Below are positions 12,982 through 26,125 of a DNA stretch of 64,000 bases, piece by piece. The stretch's first letter is position 1. The number at the start of each line of letters is the position of its first letter. A program made the translations under genes and the position numbers. Below the pieces are notes generated by a model. That model was not told the origin of the DNA. It made no database searches and worked only from the letters and a program-made list of their open reading frames with translations. The DNA is from Octopus sinensis. Its lineage: Eukaryota. The stretch is from NCBI RefSeq assembly GCF_006345805.1, contig NC_042997.1:61132001-61196000 (forward strand), given 5' to 3'.

Positions 12982-13463
12982 TGTCCCCTAACTCCAATGA
13001 CTCAAGTGTGTTATGAATGCACATTTGTCTGAAGAGAGAAGTTGTTCTCCAGTGATGAAATATGATAGTTATTAGCATATTCACATTTCTGCTGGAATGT
13101 ATTAAGAATGATTATGTACATCATTTTAATTCTCAGTGTAATGACGATTTATTAATTTCAGTGATAAATATTTGAACATATGACACCTCAATATGGAATT
13201 TTTAGTGTCTAATTGTGTAATTGTGAAGAAAATTTAATCAATACCAAGAGAAATTTGATCAAGAAATATTATGAGAGATATTTAACAATTCATGTATCTA
13301 TCAGTAAAGCTATATTGGGTTCATATTCATATGCATACACACACACACATGCACATAAAGTATGAATATTCTATATCTAGGTTTCCAAGTTGCCAAATTC
13401 CAATAACTAGACAAGTACTATTCATTTGCTCTGACCTCTATGTCTCTTTTTATATATTTTTAG

Positions 13464-13495
13464 GTGTAATCAGAATTAGGAAGATACTAACATAA
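13464..13495 (+). CDS. Candidate terminal coding exon (G-VIRIRKILT*)
   Basis: Acceptor CTTTTTATATATTTTTAG, phase-compatible with 5488-5530. Followed by AT-rich unique sequence with AATAAA. Confidence 0.42.
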
Positions 13496-13796
13496 GAATG
13501 TAGTGTCTGAAAATTATTTAAATAAATTATACAATCAAATGGAAGAACAGAGGAAATTCAGAAATATCTATAAAATTTTTTTATAATTTGTCTGCTATTT
13601 GAATTTATGTTTGTTTAGCTACTTTAACTAGCTAAATAAAACTTAGATTAAATATTTATATAAAGTTCACAATATTGTATAATGTTTCTGCAAGGAAATT
13701 TTTCTCCTAACTTTAAGAATTGAAAACCTCAAGTGCTGAAATGATAACTATTAAACAGAGGTTGTGTATCTATTGTTTAATAGATATATCTTATCT

Positions 13797-14010
13797 AAGG
13801 CAGTGAGCTGGCAGAAACGATAGCACGCCAGGTGAAATGCTTAGCAGTATTTCGTCTGTCTTTACATTCTGAGTTCAAATTCCACCGAGGTTGACTTTGC
13901 CTTTCATCCTTTCAGGGTCGATAAATCAAGTACCAGTTGGGGTCGATCTAATCAACTAGCCCCCTTCCCTAAAATTTCCTGTCTTGTGCCAAGAGTAGAA
14001 AAGAAGAGAA
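13797..14010 (+). mobile_element. tRNA-derived SINE (family B) with 11-bp TSD
   Basis: AAGGCAGTGAGCTGGCAGAA...GAGTTCAAATTCC...GCCTTTCATCCTTTCAGGGTCGATAAA, with TSD ATATCTTATCT on both sides. Other copies at about 24394, 25865, 28523, 35408, 46380 and 49632. Confidence 0.88.
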
Positions 14011-15144
14011 ATATCTTATCTGTAAAAATAATAGTGAACCAGATTTGATACTTTACTGCAATTTAGTTTAGTACTAGTTACTATGTTCACATTTTACTTT
14101 GGTCAGTTTTGCCTGAACTTCTTCTGGTGTCAATAAAGTAAACATAAGTAACATACTAAATTGATTCATTCCTATAAAATATCAGTCTTCAGAAATTTAT
14201 GGTTTTCTTGTGGTGTACAAGTTTTTTTCTTTTTTTCATTTTTTCTTTTGTTCAATATATTTGGTATCCTAAAGATTGCTTGTCAAAGCATTCAAATACA
14301 TAAAATTAGTTTATCTTGCAAGTTACATGTTTTTTTTTTCTGTATTGATAGTTTTTTGATTTAATTATTCTTTAAATATCAAGATGTTGATTGACTGAAA
14401 CAAGACACAAAAATAATATCAAATATTCTGATTTAAACATCAGAAACCACAGAATATTGGAAGTTTGATATTCAGTGTTTTGTAACAAACAAGAGTTGTA
14501 CTAAAATATTATTTCAATCAAGACATCTTACTTCTAAATTTTCAATTTAATTCTTCTGTTTAGTAAGTAATCTACTAGGTTATATGAGGCATACTTCGAT
14601 AGATTGTACTCACTGTTGGATTTTTACAAAAACTGGAAACCCTTTGTTAAAATATGACATAAGAAGGTCTCACAAAAATTGAAAATATCGAAATAAATCT
14701 TTTTTTTATTTTAAGGCCCTTTGATTGTGAAGCCCTAATGTGTTGTTTGCTAAGCTTATGACTAAATTAGTCACTGGACATAATGGGTCAGTAATCCAAA
14801 GAGTCATCCTGAAGAGTCTTATGGCTTAGTTTTCAGATAGAAAAATCTAATGTATGTTAGCCTGGTTGAACCAGTTTTATTACAAGAAACACTTATAAGT
14901 GTGTTTTGTGACTCCTTGTCTTGACATTTTATAATAATTGCAAACGTGAATCACAGATGTGCAAGTGGTGTCCTTTGTTTCCATTCTTCTATGTAAACAT
15001 GTCTGGTCATAAGAATATATTACCTTACATGGGAAACAGGCAAGGGTTGGCAACAGGAAGGGTATCCAAGGTTAAAAAAATCTAACTCAGTGAATTCTGT
15101 CTGACCCATATGAGCAAGGAAAAGAGGAAATTATGATGAAAATG

Positions 15145-15177
<33 letters not shown>

Positions 15178-15948
15178 CGTGCGCACATGTATGTGAGTGC
15201 ATGTGTGTACAATATTGATATTCTACAGCTTGGCTTATTGCTGCCTGAGTGAAATGGTGATACGATGTTTACATTCTGTTGACATTATGGTTAGTTGCTT
15301 TCAAATTTTGAAATAAATTCCTTACTTGAAAAAAGCAGATAAGGATTAATGACAAGAACATCTGGGTATAAAACACTATTTCGAATAAGTCACCACTAGC
15401 TTTTTCTATGCTATATAAAAGAAAACATCAAAAAGCAACCAAAGATTCAATAGTTACGGTCTTTTACAAAATTATATATAATGCAAAGGAATTGGGATTT
15501 AAATCAGGGTAGATACATTATGGTTAATGGCATCAAATGGTAAGAAACATTTAGAATCGGTTAGAATAACCAATTAAACTGCATATCCTATGATTAGTAA
15601 ATTCTGAGTTCACTCCAATGGATTTCATGTAGAATACAGGGTATACTATCAAAAATCCTATAAAGCTAAACGTAAACTATTTCCCATATGGATGGGTGAA
15701 GTGAATTCACCTGTATGAGAAACACCTTGAATAAAGCTGTATAGGATTATCAACTTTTAAATTTAAACATGCACCACAATTGATTTAATATAAATCAAGT
15801 AATTACACAAAACTATTATATCAAAGGACCTCAATGCACTTATTCAGCACAGCAGAAACACATGTTGGAATGTAATATGAAGAAAATGCTTACTAATGAA
15901 TAAATTTTGAAGATTTATAACTCTCCATTCATCATTATTATGTTGTTT

Positions 15949-16002
15949 TATATATATATATATATATATATATGAATGTATATATCTATATATCTATATC
16001 TG

Positions 16003-16077
<75 letters not shown>

Positions 16078-16096
16078 ATATATATATATATATATA
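15949..16096. repeat. (TA)n/(TATC)n compound microsatellite
   Basis: Read directly from the sequence. Confidence 0.95.
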
Positions 16097-16297
16097 AATA
16101 GATGAGTGTATTTTTACCTTGTTAACAATTAACACGGAAAAAATAAATAAATAGTTACCAGAGCAGCAAAAATTGCATTGTTTATACCATTTATTCTTTT
16201 GAATAGTATCAGTGGGATTTTCGAAACATGTGTCGAAAGTAAAAATATTTGATTACACCTGCGTTAAACTCCATTTATTTATTCATATATATATTTA

Positions 16298-16329
<32 letters not shown>

Positions 16330-17414
16330 CATATACATATACATATATCATCATCATCACCATCATCATTATATAATGTCCACTTTCCCTGCTAGCATGG
16401 GTTGGACGATTTGACAGGAGTTGGCAAGCCAGTAGACTGTCAAACCATACAGTCCACTTTGGTATACTTTCTGCAGCTGGATGCCCTTTCTAATACCAAC
16501 CATTTTACAGAGTGCACTGGATGCTTGTTACATGGTACCAGCACCAAGTAACTTGCAAGAGTCACCAACTAACTTGCAAGACAAGACCCCCTCAACTGAG
16601 GGGTGTAATATTGAGTGGGTAGCTTTGTGCAAGGTAACAAGAGGTTAGAGTATAATAAAAGGACAAAACAGGTGTCTTGCAGCTGAGATTTGTCTACATT
16701 AGTTGCAAAAAGAGAGAGGAGAAGAAGGAAAGAGGAAAAAGAGAGAGGATGATGAAGGAGATGTCTGAGTATACTTTGAAGTTAGGAGAAGAATAGAATT
16801 CAAGGGCCAAATTGAAGAAGTGATTAAAGAAAATGCTTGCTCTTTATACAGGGTTGAAGCATACACATATGGAAAATGCATGAATTTTGCTTCGTTGGTT
16901 TATATAAGATCAATGGCTTATATAAAGCAAGAATTTAACATTCTTTTTTAAATCTCTAAGACTAAACATGGGAATACATCAACTGTTTTTTTTCTTTTGC
17001 TTCCAGTTATAAAAAGATTTATCATTGAGAGTTGAATATATCACTTTTTCACTTAAATTTAGCATATTTAGTAGATATTGTAAGGGAGGTGGTCAACATT
17101 TTCAGCCAACCATGATTGAATCATTGCCAAAATGTAATTTATCTTTCAAAACCTTATCTTTCTTTGTTGCGTCAAGTTCTATAGTCGCATCTTATTGATT
17201 AAATGTTTTGATATGCGAATTCAGTATTGGGTTAATAGTCATAAATTAAGATAGATTATTAATATTTGGTGTGTATTGATTATATTTATACATAGTGTGA
17301 ATCAAGGTATTTTATGTTCTGGCTTTATATTTTAGTCTATAAGAAAACTCAATACCACTGAAAATTTTGGCTAAGTATTAATTTTCATCACCGTTGTTGT
17401 CATGATTATTGGTG

Positions 17415-17460
<46 letters not shown>

Positions 17461-17613
17461 TATCATCATCATCATCATCTCTGCCCACCCTTACTGCCAT
17501 TACCATTATTGTTATTGCCATTATCCACAAGCCATTGAGGGAATCTTTGCATGGCCACTCAACCTGTCTGAAATGGTAACTAAATCTTCCTCCTACCACA
17601 ATGCTATCTTGAC

Positions 17614-17650
<37 letters not shown>

Positions 17651-19949
17651 GATATTCCTTGCTGAGAAAGTTTTGATCATAGGTCTCCTCAATCAGAGTA
17701 GACTTGGTCTAAACAACATCAGCAGCAGGACACCACCACCAACAACAACAACAACAGCAACATCATTATTGTGATTGTACCATCAGAGATACTACTGTTA
17801 GTCTTTAATTCTTTTTTCCTTCTGCTTAACATACTTATTGTGTACCTTTCTTCTACTCTTCTGTGATGTATAAACCTTCAAGGACCAATTTAACTCCAGT
17901 TAACTTATGACTGTATCCATGGCAACAGCATTTAATTCATATTGACACAGTTCACCCCATTAATAATAGATTGTTTTTAGTTGTTTAGCTCTGATCAGTC
18001 AGACCCATGATCAAAAGGCATTCCAGCTGTTACCATTTTACCATCTTTACTTTGCAGATATAATGTAACTAGGATCACATTGTCTAATGTGTTCTTTATT
18101 TTTAAGATTGCAGGATAAAACTTGAAGAAAATCTGGCCGCTATTTCTTGTAGGCCAAGAGACAATGAGGAGACTATCTCTCAAAGGTTCAATGGATGGTA
18201 AGCCAAATTACAAGGTGCAAATCACAAATGTGTTACTCCAGATTTACCATATCTCAATCAAGTGGAATATCAAACTGAGGTTTTTGACATGCATCATATG
18301 GGATGCAGTAGTTGTTGGGGCTTAATGCTTTTTGTTTACATCATACTATCCTGTGTGTTCCTGTATGTCTGTTGTTGTTGCTGCTCTTTACCCCAAAGTC
18401 GGGCCTAATTGAATAAACCTATGATCAGAGACATGTCTGTCATAATCATCTTATCTTTTTCCTTTTCTTGATTAGGATAGCTAAAACGACATCATTATCT
18501 AATGAGACCTTCCTTCTTTCCTTCTTTCCTTCTTTTCTTATGATAACAGGGTGTGATATAGAGGAGATTTGGTTGCTATTTCTTACATGCTTAGCAGCAG
18601 TAAAGAAGCTCCCACATTGGTTTGACTTGAATATCTGTAGGTTCTGGTAGTGAGTACAGCAAAGGCTGATGTGGTGGACTTGGTATTGATCATAGATATT
18701 GCTGACAAAGGCTTAGTACTAATGATAAGAAAGTAGAATGGAAAACCTAATAGATGCTTCATTAGTTCAAACTCTTCCATAATCTTAGAGAATACAGCAA
18801 AGACCAGTTGATGCATTGTTCTTCTACATAATATGAAGTCACCTGTGATTCATCAATATTATGATGGCTGGAAGCATATTACCTATTCATAACATATAAC
18901 CACTAATTTATGTTTAATTTCTTGTAGTTTCATTTTCTTGTTGTCAAGGTAAATGTTTAATTGTTTGACAGACACCAGACTTTTTGGAATATTTCTTTAT
19001 TTAATTGTGATTTCTCCTTATTAAATAGCTTTGCAAGTTCTGGAAACACATGGCTAGGCATTTAAATAAGTGAAACTAGACAAGCTGTCCATTTTCATTT
19101 TTGTAATTGTATCTCAATAATAGAAAAAACACTTTATAATACATTACTGTAAAATGCAATATATGTCAAATAAAAAACATTTGATGTCATTAGTATTACT
19201 TTAACACAAAGTTTGATTCCTAGAAATTAAATCTTTCTTTTACTACAATCAATTATTTAGCTTCATAAAGAGAACCCTTTTTCTTGAAATTGATATTTCA
19301 TTCATATTCCTTTTATGTAGAGACGAGGTTACCAACTCACAAGTACAAAATTTGATACTGCTATGAGATTGTACTTTAAATATAGTTCACTGACCTCCTA
19401 AACTCTATTATTACTTCTACTTTAGAAATGAATAGTTGAGACTGTGTGTAATACATTGGGATATTTAACTCTTTAACAACAAAATTAAATTTCAAGGTCA
19501 TTTCAGTAATGATGTTAAATATCTCTCCAAACTAGAATTAGTATATTCTAATAACTTATGTGCCTCAGTAAATTTGACATATCTAGAATAAAAAAAGAAA
19601 AAACTAGTTTGAATAATGATATTCCTTAACAAAAAATAGATGAGTATATAAAACTGCTTTCTGCTGTTAAGGGTAATGAGATTTTGAGTCAATATATCTG
19701 ACTACCACAGTAAAATGGTTAATGCAAATACTTATATCTATAGAATAATCCAATTCTATGCAAACATAAATTAAAAAATTGCTTGACAGACTATGTCCTT
19801 GTGTAGTCCATTTTGGTGGTAATACTGTAGCTAATACTTTATGTCATTTTGTCAATTTCCCTATTGATGATTCTTCTGTTAGTTCTATCCTATATCACTG
19901 ATAAAGCACATTATGATAAAACCTGTGGCTTAAAGACTATCTCTCATCT

Positions 19950-21050
19950 TCAGATTAGAACATACTTCAGCTTTGAGCAGCTGCTGATTTTACAAAGCTT
20001 CAGTGACATGCATTCTCTGCTCCCAGTTCCTACATCTAGGTTGGTGTTGCTGCTACATATTCAAACATATTCTAGACAGCATCCAAAAGACAGTCATCTG
20101 TTGATTGTCAGACTCACTGGCCAATACACTTAAGTTCTAGCTAGTAAATATGTCTCCTCACTCTTCTGTTTTTTCTTTTTGCAATGGCTTCTGCTTAGAA
20201 CTAGCTAGTTACTTTCTGACTTCGTCCAAACTCACCTAACACACTTCTCTCTCTTTTTCACATCACCAAGCTTAATCAGTTTCTCCAGAACATCACCCTC
20301 TGGAATTCTCTTCTTGCTGCTGTTCATTCTGAACATCAGTCACACAAGCGGGAACTCTCCTGCCCACTATTTTACAGTTGATTCTATGGGTTCTTTGTCA
20401 AATGTATCTCTGCTAACTTCATGCAATCTTATTACCCTCTATTACTCAATAATGATGACTCAATAAGCATTAATTCCAAAGAGAAAGTCTCTATGTTTGT
20501 TGTCAGTTTTGCACCCAGCTGCTCCCACTAAAACCCCTCCAATATCCTTTCTCTCAGTATCCTCAGTCACTTCAAAATAAAATGTCCTGTGACCTTGTAG
20601 TGTTCCTTTTATCACTCTTAAACAATGCATTGCTGAGCTAACATCTATTCTCCCTAAACTCTTCAGTATTTATCTCTGTCAGCATCTACCTTGATCTTTA
20701 GAAACATGTAATAGTGTAACTTCTTCTTCTGAAGAGCAACTCTACTGACCTGTTCCTTTCATGTCTAAAATTGAAGATGACAGAGACACTCATTAACAAG
20801 CACCTTCTCCAAAATCTTGAATCCTTTTTCCTCTTCAATTACAATAAAAGTATTGTATCCTATAAAGCCATATCTATTTGAGTCCTATTTTCTTGTGTCA
20901 TTTACTATTGTGCCTTTGCTCTTGAGAAATTTGGTGAAAATATTATTGTTCTTGCTATCAGCAAAGCATTTGATCATATCTGGCACGAAAATCTCTAACA
21001 GTTTGCTCTAGTAAACTACCTTACCCAGTCCTTCTTCCTTCTAGAATTCC
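19950..21050 (+). mobile_element. Highly decayed CR1/L2-like LINE fragments
   Basis: Broken remnants of the LWNSL C-terminal motif and an ETLINKHLLQNLE RT-like segment, with many indels. Confidence 0.4.
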
Positions 21051-21860
21051 CTCTCTTTCCAGGTTTTTCTTGTAGTCGTCAACTTGTAGGGGTTTAAGAA
21101 AAGCATCACTGCGTCAACTTCACCTGTCTTGAGGGTCTATGGACAGCAAGAATACAGCTCCTTCCTCCAGAGCAAAGTCTGTCTCAGAAGACCAACAAAA
21201 GTCATGGGTGCATATTCCTTCCTTCTAACTGAACTGTAAAACAATATATATTGTAAATTTGTTAGTGTAGAGAGTACTATAATGCCAAGAGTAATGTTTG
21301 AATGATTCTCTAGTAAGTTTTCTTCAATTGATTTGTGATTAGTTAACACTGTGAATCAGATGACCCCCAACTGGTAGATACAAGTTAACTCAATGAATGA
21401 TCAGAAGTTTACATTTTTTCTCTCATTGATTTTTTTTTACCCAGAGTTCAGTAAATACAATGATGTACATTTAGTTGGCTTAAAAGTGATGAGTTCAACT
21501 ACTAACATTGGGGACTGTTTTTTTTTTTTAATTTTGTCTCAGAAGGAGATTAGGATGTCAGACTAGAAATATTGAAGCACTACAGATATCAATAACACGA
21601 GAGTGTTTGGTGGATGAAAAATGAGGCATAAGAAAATCAGCTTGCCTACACAACTACCATTCATATTTAGATTTTTTTTCTTATTATTTTGGTGGGGAAT
21701 GTTAAGATTAAGAAGTAACTTTGCCAAATAAAATAAAATAAATAAATTATTATCAGTCTTCAGTATCTGAAATAGCTTTGGCTTTTAGTTCTGATATTCT
21801 AACATATTGATGCTATTTGTTAAGTAGGTTGTATCAAAATACTTGTAATTGTGATATATA

Positions 21861-23129
21861 TTGGGTTGGCATGTAAGTTCCCACTGGTTTTTTTAATTTT
21901 GGAATTTATTGGTTTTTAAGTTTTGGAATCTATTTTTTTCGAGAATTCTAATTTTGAATCATTTTGGAATCTATTTTGTTTTTTTTTCTAGTTAATTTTA
22001 GTTAATTTTTGTTTATTTTCAGATCATTAAAATGGAAAGTCAAGTTAAGAAAAACGAGCATTTTCGACACCTTTTTGCTTTTAATCAAAGTTCTAAGGCT
22101 GCAGAAGCTGCTCGCAACATTTGTGCTGTGTATGGAGAGGGTGCCATAGCTGAAAGAACTGCTCATAATTGGTATGCTAAGTTCAAAAATGGAATTTTTG
22201 ACCTCAAAGACGCACCTCATTCTGGCCGTCCAGTTGAGTTTGATGAAGAGTGATAAACCAACTTTTGCACAAAAATTCTCGTCAAACAACAAGGGAACTA
22301 GCAGAGAAAATGGAATGTTCCCACACTGCTATAGAGAAGCATCTTCACTCATAGTATGGAGCATGGGTTCCGCATGCTTTAAGTGACAACAACAAAAATC
22401 AATGAGCCACAATCTCCACTGGTTTGCTTGCCAGTCACCGCTTAACTCATGGACACAAGCAACAATTTCTTTGCTGTATCATTACTGGTGATGAAAAATG
22501 GTGAATGTACATCAATATGAAGCAGTGTAAGGGATGGCTTAGTCCCAGTAAACAAGCGACACCGCACATGAAACAAGATCTTCATCCGCGTAAAACGATG
22601 TGCGTATGGTGAGACTGGGAAGGGCTTATCCATTATGAATTGTTTGAATGGAACCAAATGGTCAACGTGGAACTCTATGTTCAACAGATGGAACAACTCA
22701 ACACGAGAAAAGACCTAATCGTTAGCATGGAGTTCTTCTGCTGCATGACAATGCCCAGCCTCATATTACCAATATGACCAAGGAAGCCATTCAAATGCAT
22801 GGCTGGGAAGTGCTGCCACACACGCTGTACTCTCCTGATTTGGCACCAATGGATTTCGATCTCTTTCGGTCTCTTTCAAATGCTATGTGCTGAGTTTTGT
22901 TCAATACTGTTGCAGAATTGAGAGCATGGTTGGATCAATTTTTCGAGTCAAAATCGGGTGATTTCTACCAACGAGGTATTGAAAACCTTGTAAAATGTTG
23001 GGAAGAAGTTGTAAACAACAAGGGTGAATACATTATTGATTGTTATTTTTTATTAAACATTTTTAAAAGATTTAAATTTAAAAAAAATTTAAATTTAAAA
23101 AAACGGTGGGAACTTAGTTGCCAACCCAA
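21861..23129 (+). mobile_element. mariner (DD34D) transposon, full length, degenerate
   Basis: TIRs TTGGGTTGGCATGTAAGTTCCCAC / GTGGGAACTTAGTTGCCAACCCAA with TA TSD. Confidence 0.95.
22032..23045 (+). pseudogene. mariner transposase pseudogene
   Basis: AARNICAVYGEGAIAERTAHNWYAKFKNG, WVPHAL, IITGDEKW, LLHDNAQPH and YSPDLAPMDFDLF, with many stops and frameshifts. Confidence 0.93.
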
Positions 23130-23619
23130 TATCTTAGACATACAGAGTTTGCAATTTACTCTTGATTCCAGGTTGAAAGCATTTAATCTCACTTAGAAAC
23201 ACATGAAGTTTCTGCACTTGATAAATGCATTATAAAACTAAGGTCTGCCCTGGGGTTGCTGGAACTCTGAACAAGCTGAAATTCACTACAAGTATAATTT
23301 AAAAAAATTTTTACAAGGAGGAGAAAAGTAACTGTAGAAATAAACATACAATGCGTAACTCAAAGTGAACAGTTTGAACACAGAATCAAAGTTTCAAATT
23401 GTTTCATTAATATAACTGGGAGAGAGAGACAGTCCATATCTATATTGTCATTAATGATCTTAACATACTTTTGTTACAAATACTGAGTGGATGAGTGAGT
23501 CAGAGGAATGCATTGATCACAGTAGATCTATCAGATTTTTTACTAATAGGTTAAAATTTATGAATAAAAAGAAAAACCAAAAATATTGTAAAACATAAAT
23601 GATCTTAATTAAAAACTTT

Positions 23620-24370
23620 TCCTTAATTTAAGATCTACAAATGTTTTTGTAGAACTTTCTATTCCTATCTTTTTCAGAATATTATCTTCTACTGACAAAA
23701 TTGCCAAAGAATTTAATCTGTCTAATGTCATATCTTTTTGGGTTTTAGCTTACTAAAGCTTCTTTCTCCTATAGCCCCAGTTATAGGCATTGTAAGCATT
23801 ATTTTTAATGCATCTCATGGATTTAACATGACATCTTGTATCTTACTACAGTTGAAGAATTGAAAGCTTTACATCTCCAAAATTGAATTTTTTGCAATAT
23901 CTAGTTCAGTCAAAGAATTACATTCATTAATATCCTTATTTTGTTGATACCTTAACTTATCCTCCAACCCTTGACATGCTAATCTCAGTTTACTTTTGTT
24001 TCACAAGTTTTTATTTTCATTAAAAAATTTTCTTGTGCTATTGAAACTGAAATTCTTCAACCCACTCAGATAAAGAATTAATAGGATTACATTGAATGCA
24101 TGATTTATTAAAATCTTCTTTTTAAGTTATTTCTGTTTGAAAAATTAATGAACTCATATTCTCACTATCATTTTTCTTTTCAACATATCTTTTTTACTTA
24201 TAAGAATGGGTTCTATATCTAATTTTGGAGCTAAGTTATTTCCTTTGCCAGTGCTTGTAGTGCTTGTTCATGTTTATTTGCAGCACAATCAATTAAGTAA
24301 TAAGAGATACTACCCATTAATGACAATCCCACCTATGCATTAATTTACCTTTGACTCCCATGCTCACTTC
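23620..24370 (-). pseudogene. hAT transposase relic (C-terminal dimerisation domain)
   Basis: Minus strand ALKIMLTMPITGAIGERSFSKLK...MTLDRLNSLAILSVED. Confidence 0.8.
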
Positions 24371-24755
24371 TGGATTATTTCAAAATAAGCTTAGGGTGGT
24401 GAGGTGACAGAATTGTTAGCACACTTGACAGGATGCTTACCAGCATTTTATTTGTCTTTATGATCTAAGTTCAAATCACACTAAGGTCAACTTTTCTTTT
24501 CAATTCTTTCTGGATTGATAAAATAAGTTCCAGCTAGCCAACCCTCTCCTACAAAATTTCAGGCCTTGTGTCTATAATAGAAAGAATTATATAGAATTAT
24601 TTTTAAATAAGCTTGACTCTATTAAGAGAATTTTCACTTTTGCTTTTATTTCATTTTATTTATGATTTTTACATTTTCCCCTTTGTATAGATACCCCCAA
24701 AAATGATATGGTGCCGTGGATGACTGCTTGAGTTGCTGATATCATCAGATGATAA

Positions 24756-25119
24756 AATAATAATAATAATAATAATTGTGTACAGTGCTCAGGTGCACTA
24801 CAACTCATCTAAAGTGTATATATAATCAGGTGTAGTTTCGGCGGATTTCGGAAAGCATGAGGGCCTTAAAAGATGCAGTGTCATGGCAGTCAACAACTGA
24901 CGCAGGCAGTTTATTCCATGCTTCAGCAACTCTGAGCGTGAAAAAATGTTTCTGAAAGTCATGAGAGCTGTATTGTTTTCTGACTTTGTAGGCATGTCCA
25001 CGTGTGTTAGACACATGGAGATCAAAAAGGTGTTCAGTGTTGTTGTTGGTGAGGTGGTTGATAACTTTGTGGGTGTTTACCAAGTCCGTCGCCAGACGCC
25101 GGAGCTTCAGTGAAGGCAT
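24756..25119 (-). mobile_element. CR1-like LINE 3' end
   Basis: LRRLATDL...TRGHAYK...FFTLRVAEAWNKLPASVV ORF2 C-terminus, 3' UTR and (ATT)n tail. Confidence 0.88.
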
Positions 25120-25397
25120 TATGATCTAAGGCATTATGCTTAAACTCAATGAAAAGCAACAATGAGCTTCATGTCTTCCTTATTTAATTATCATATTATT
25201 TTCAATTTTTAAAACAATTCTTTATTCATTCATTTTGCAATGCTAAGAGAGATTTGATTCTTTGGAAAACTTATGATTTTATATTAATTATTGCAAGCAT
25301 TTTACAGTTGAATATCTCTCTGATTTAAACCACTCAAATATGAAAGCCACTTAGCATCTATTTAAATGAGCCTGAACTAAATGAAATAGTATTTAAA

Positions 25398-25617
25398 CCC
25401 TTTAGCATTCAGATTACTCTGTCAAATGTAATGCTTATTTATTCAGATTGCTTTGAATTAATCATGCATTATCTTGTGGCTTCAAGATTTCAATGAAATG
25501 ATTGTCTATTTTTAGAATGACATTGTAGAGTAGATGTAGGAGGTCAGATGTGGCTGCTTTGAACATAAAACAAGCAGAATATTTAAGCCAGATACAGCTG
25601 GTTTAAATGCTAAATGG
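25398..25617. mobile_element. TTAA-type (piggyBac-like) MITE
   Basis: CCCTTTAGCATT ... AATGCTAAATGG followed by TTAA. A partial copy lies at about 29290-29485. Confidence 0.65.
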
Positions 25618-25807
25618 TTAAACATAATTATTGACTTCAACCAAAGGTACTTTATAATGACATTTAGCCAGACAACCTTTTTCCATAGAATTTCTATCAG
25701 TTTAGCTATAACCGATTCATAATTCTATCAGCTGTTAATTTAATCACTTGACTAGGAAATCTATAAAAAATCTCATGTTGACCAAGCAAAAGTAATAAAT
25801 TGGTGTT

Positions 25808-26125
25808 TGCAGAATCAGTAGAGTATTGGTTTAAAAATAATGCCTTGCAATATTTAGTTATATCAAGGTGGTGAACTGGCAAAATTGTTAACACGTCAGG
25901 CAAAATACTTTGTGGTATTTTGTTTGTCTTTATGTTCTGAGTTCAAATTCTGCTGAAGTCAACTTTGCCTTTCATTCTTTCAGGGTCGATAAAAGAAGTA
26001 CCAGTTGAATACTGGGGTCAATGTAATCAATTTAACCCCTCCCTGTAAATTGCTGACCTTGTGCCAAAATTTGAAACCAATATTTAGTTATGTCACTTTA
26101 CATTTGAAGTTCAAATCTTACTGGG
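25808..26125 (+). repeat. 318-bp local duplication, copy 1 (SINE plus flanks)
   Basis: Near-identical to 28466-28783. The SINE keeps a TSD-like ATATTTAGTTAT(A/G)TCA. Confidence 0.92.

Noticed and set aside
13029-13065. CTGAAGA followed by GAGAA/TTCTC hairpin
   Set aside because: GAAA does not follow the hairpin directly, and no stems I or III are evident.
15430-15930. Possible Polinton/Maverick polymerase relic (YFPYGW-like)
   Set aside because: Only one short motif in broken frames, which is insufficient evidence.
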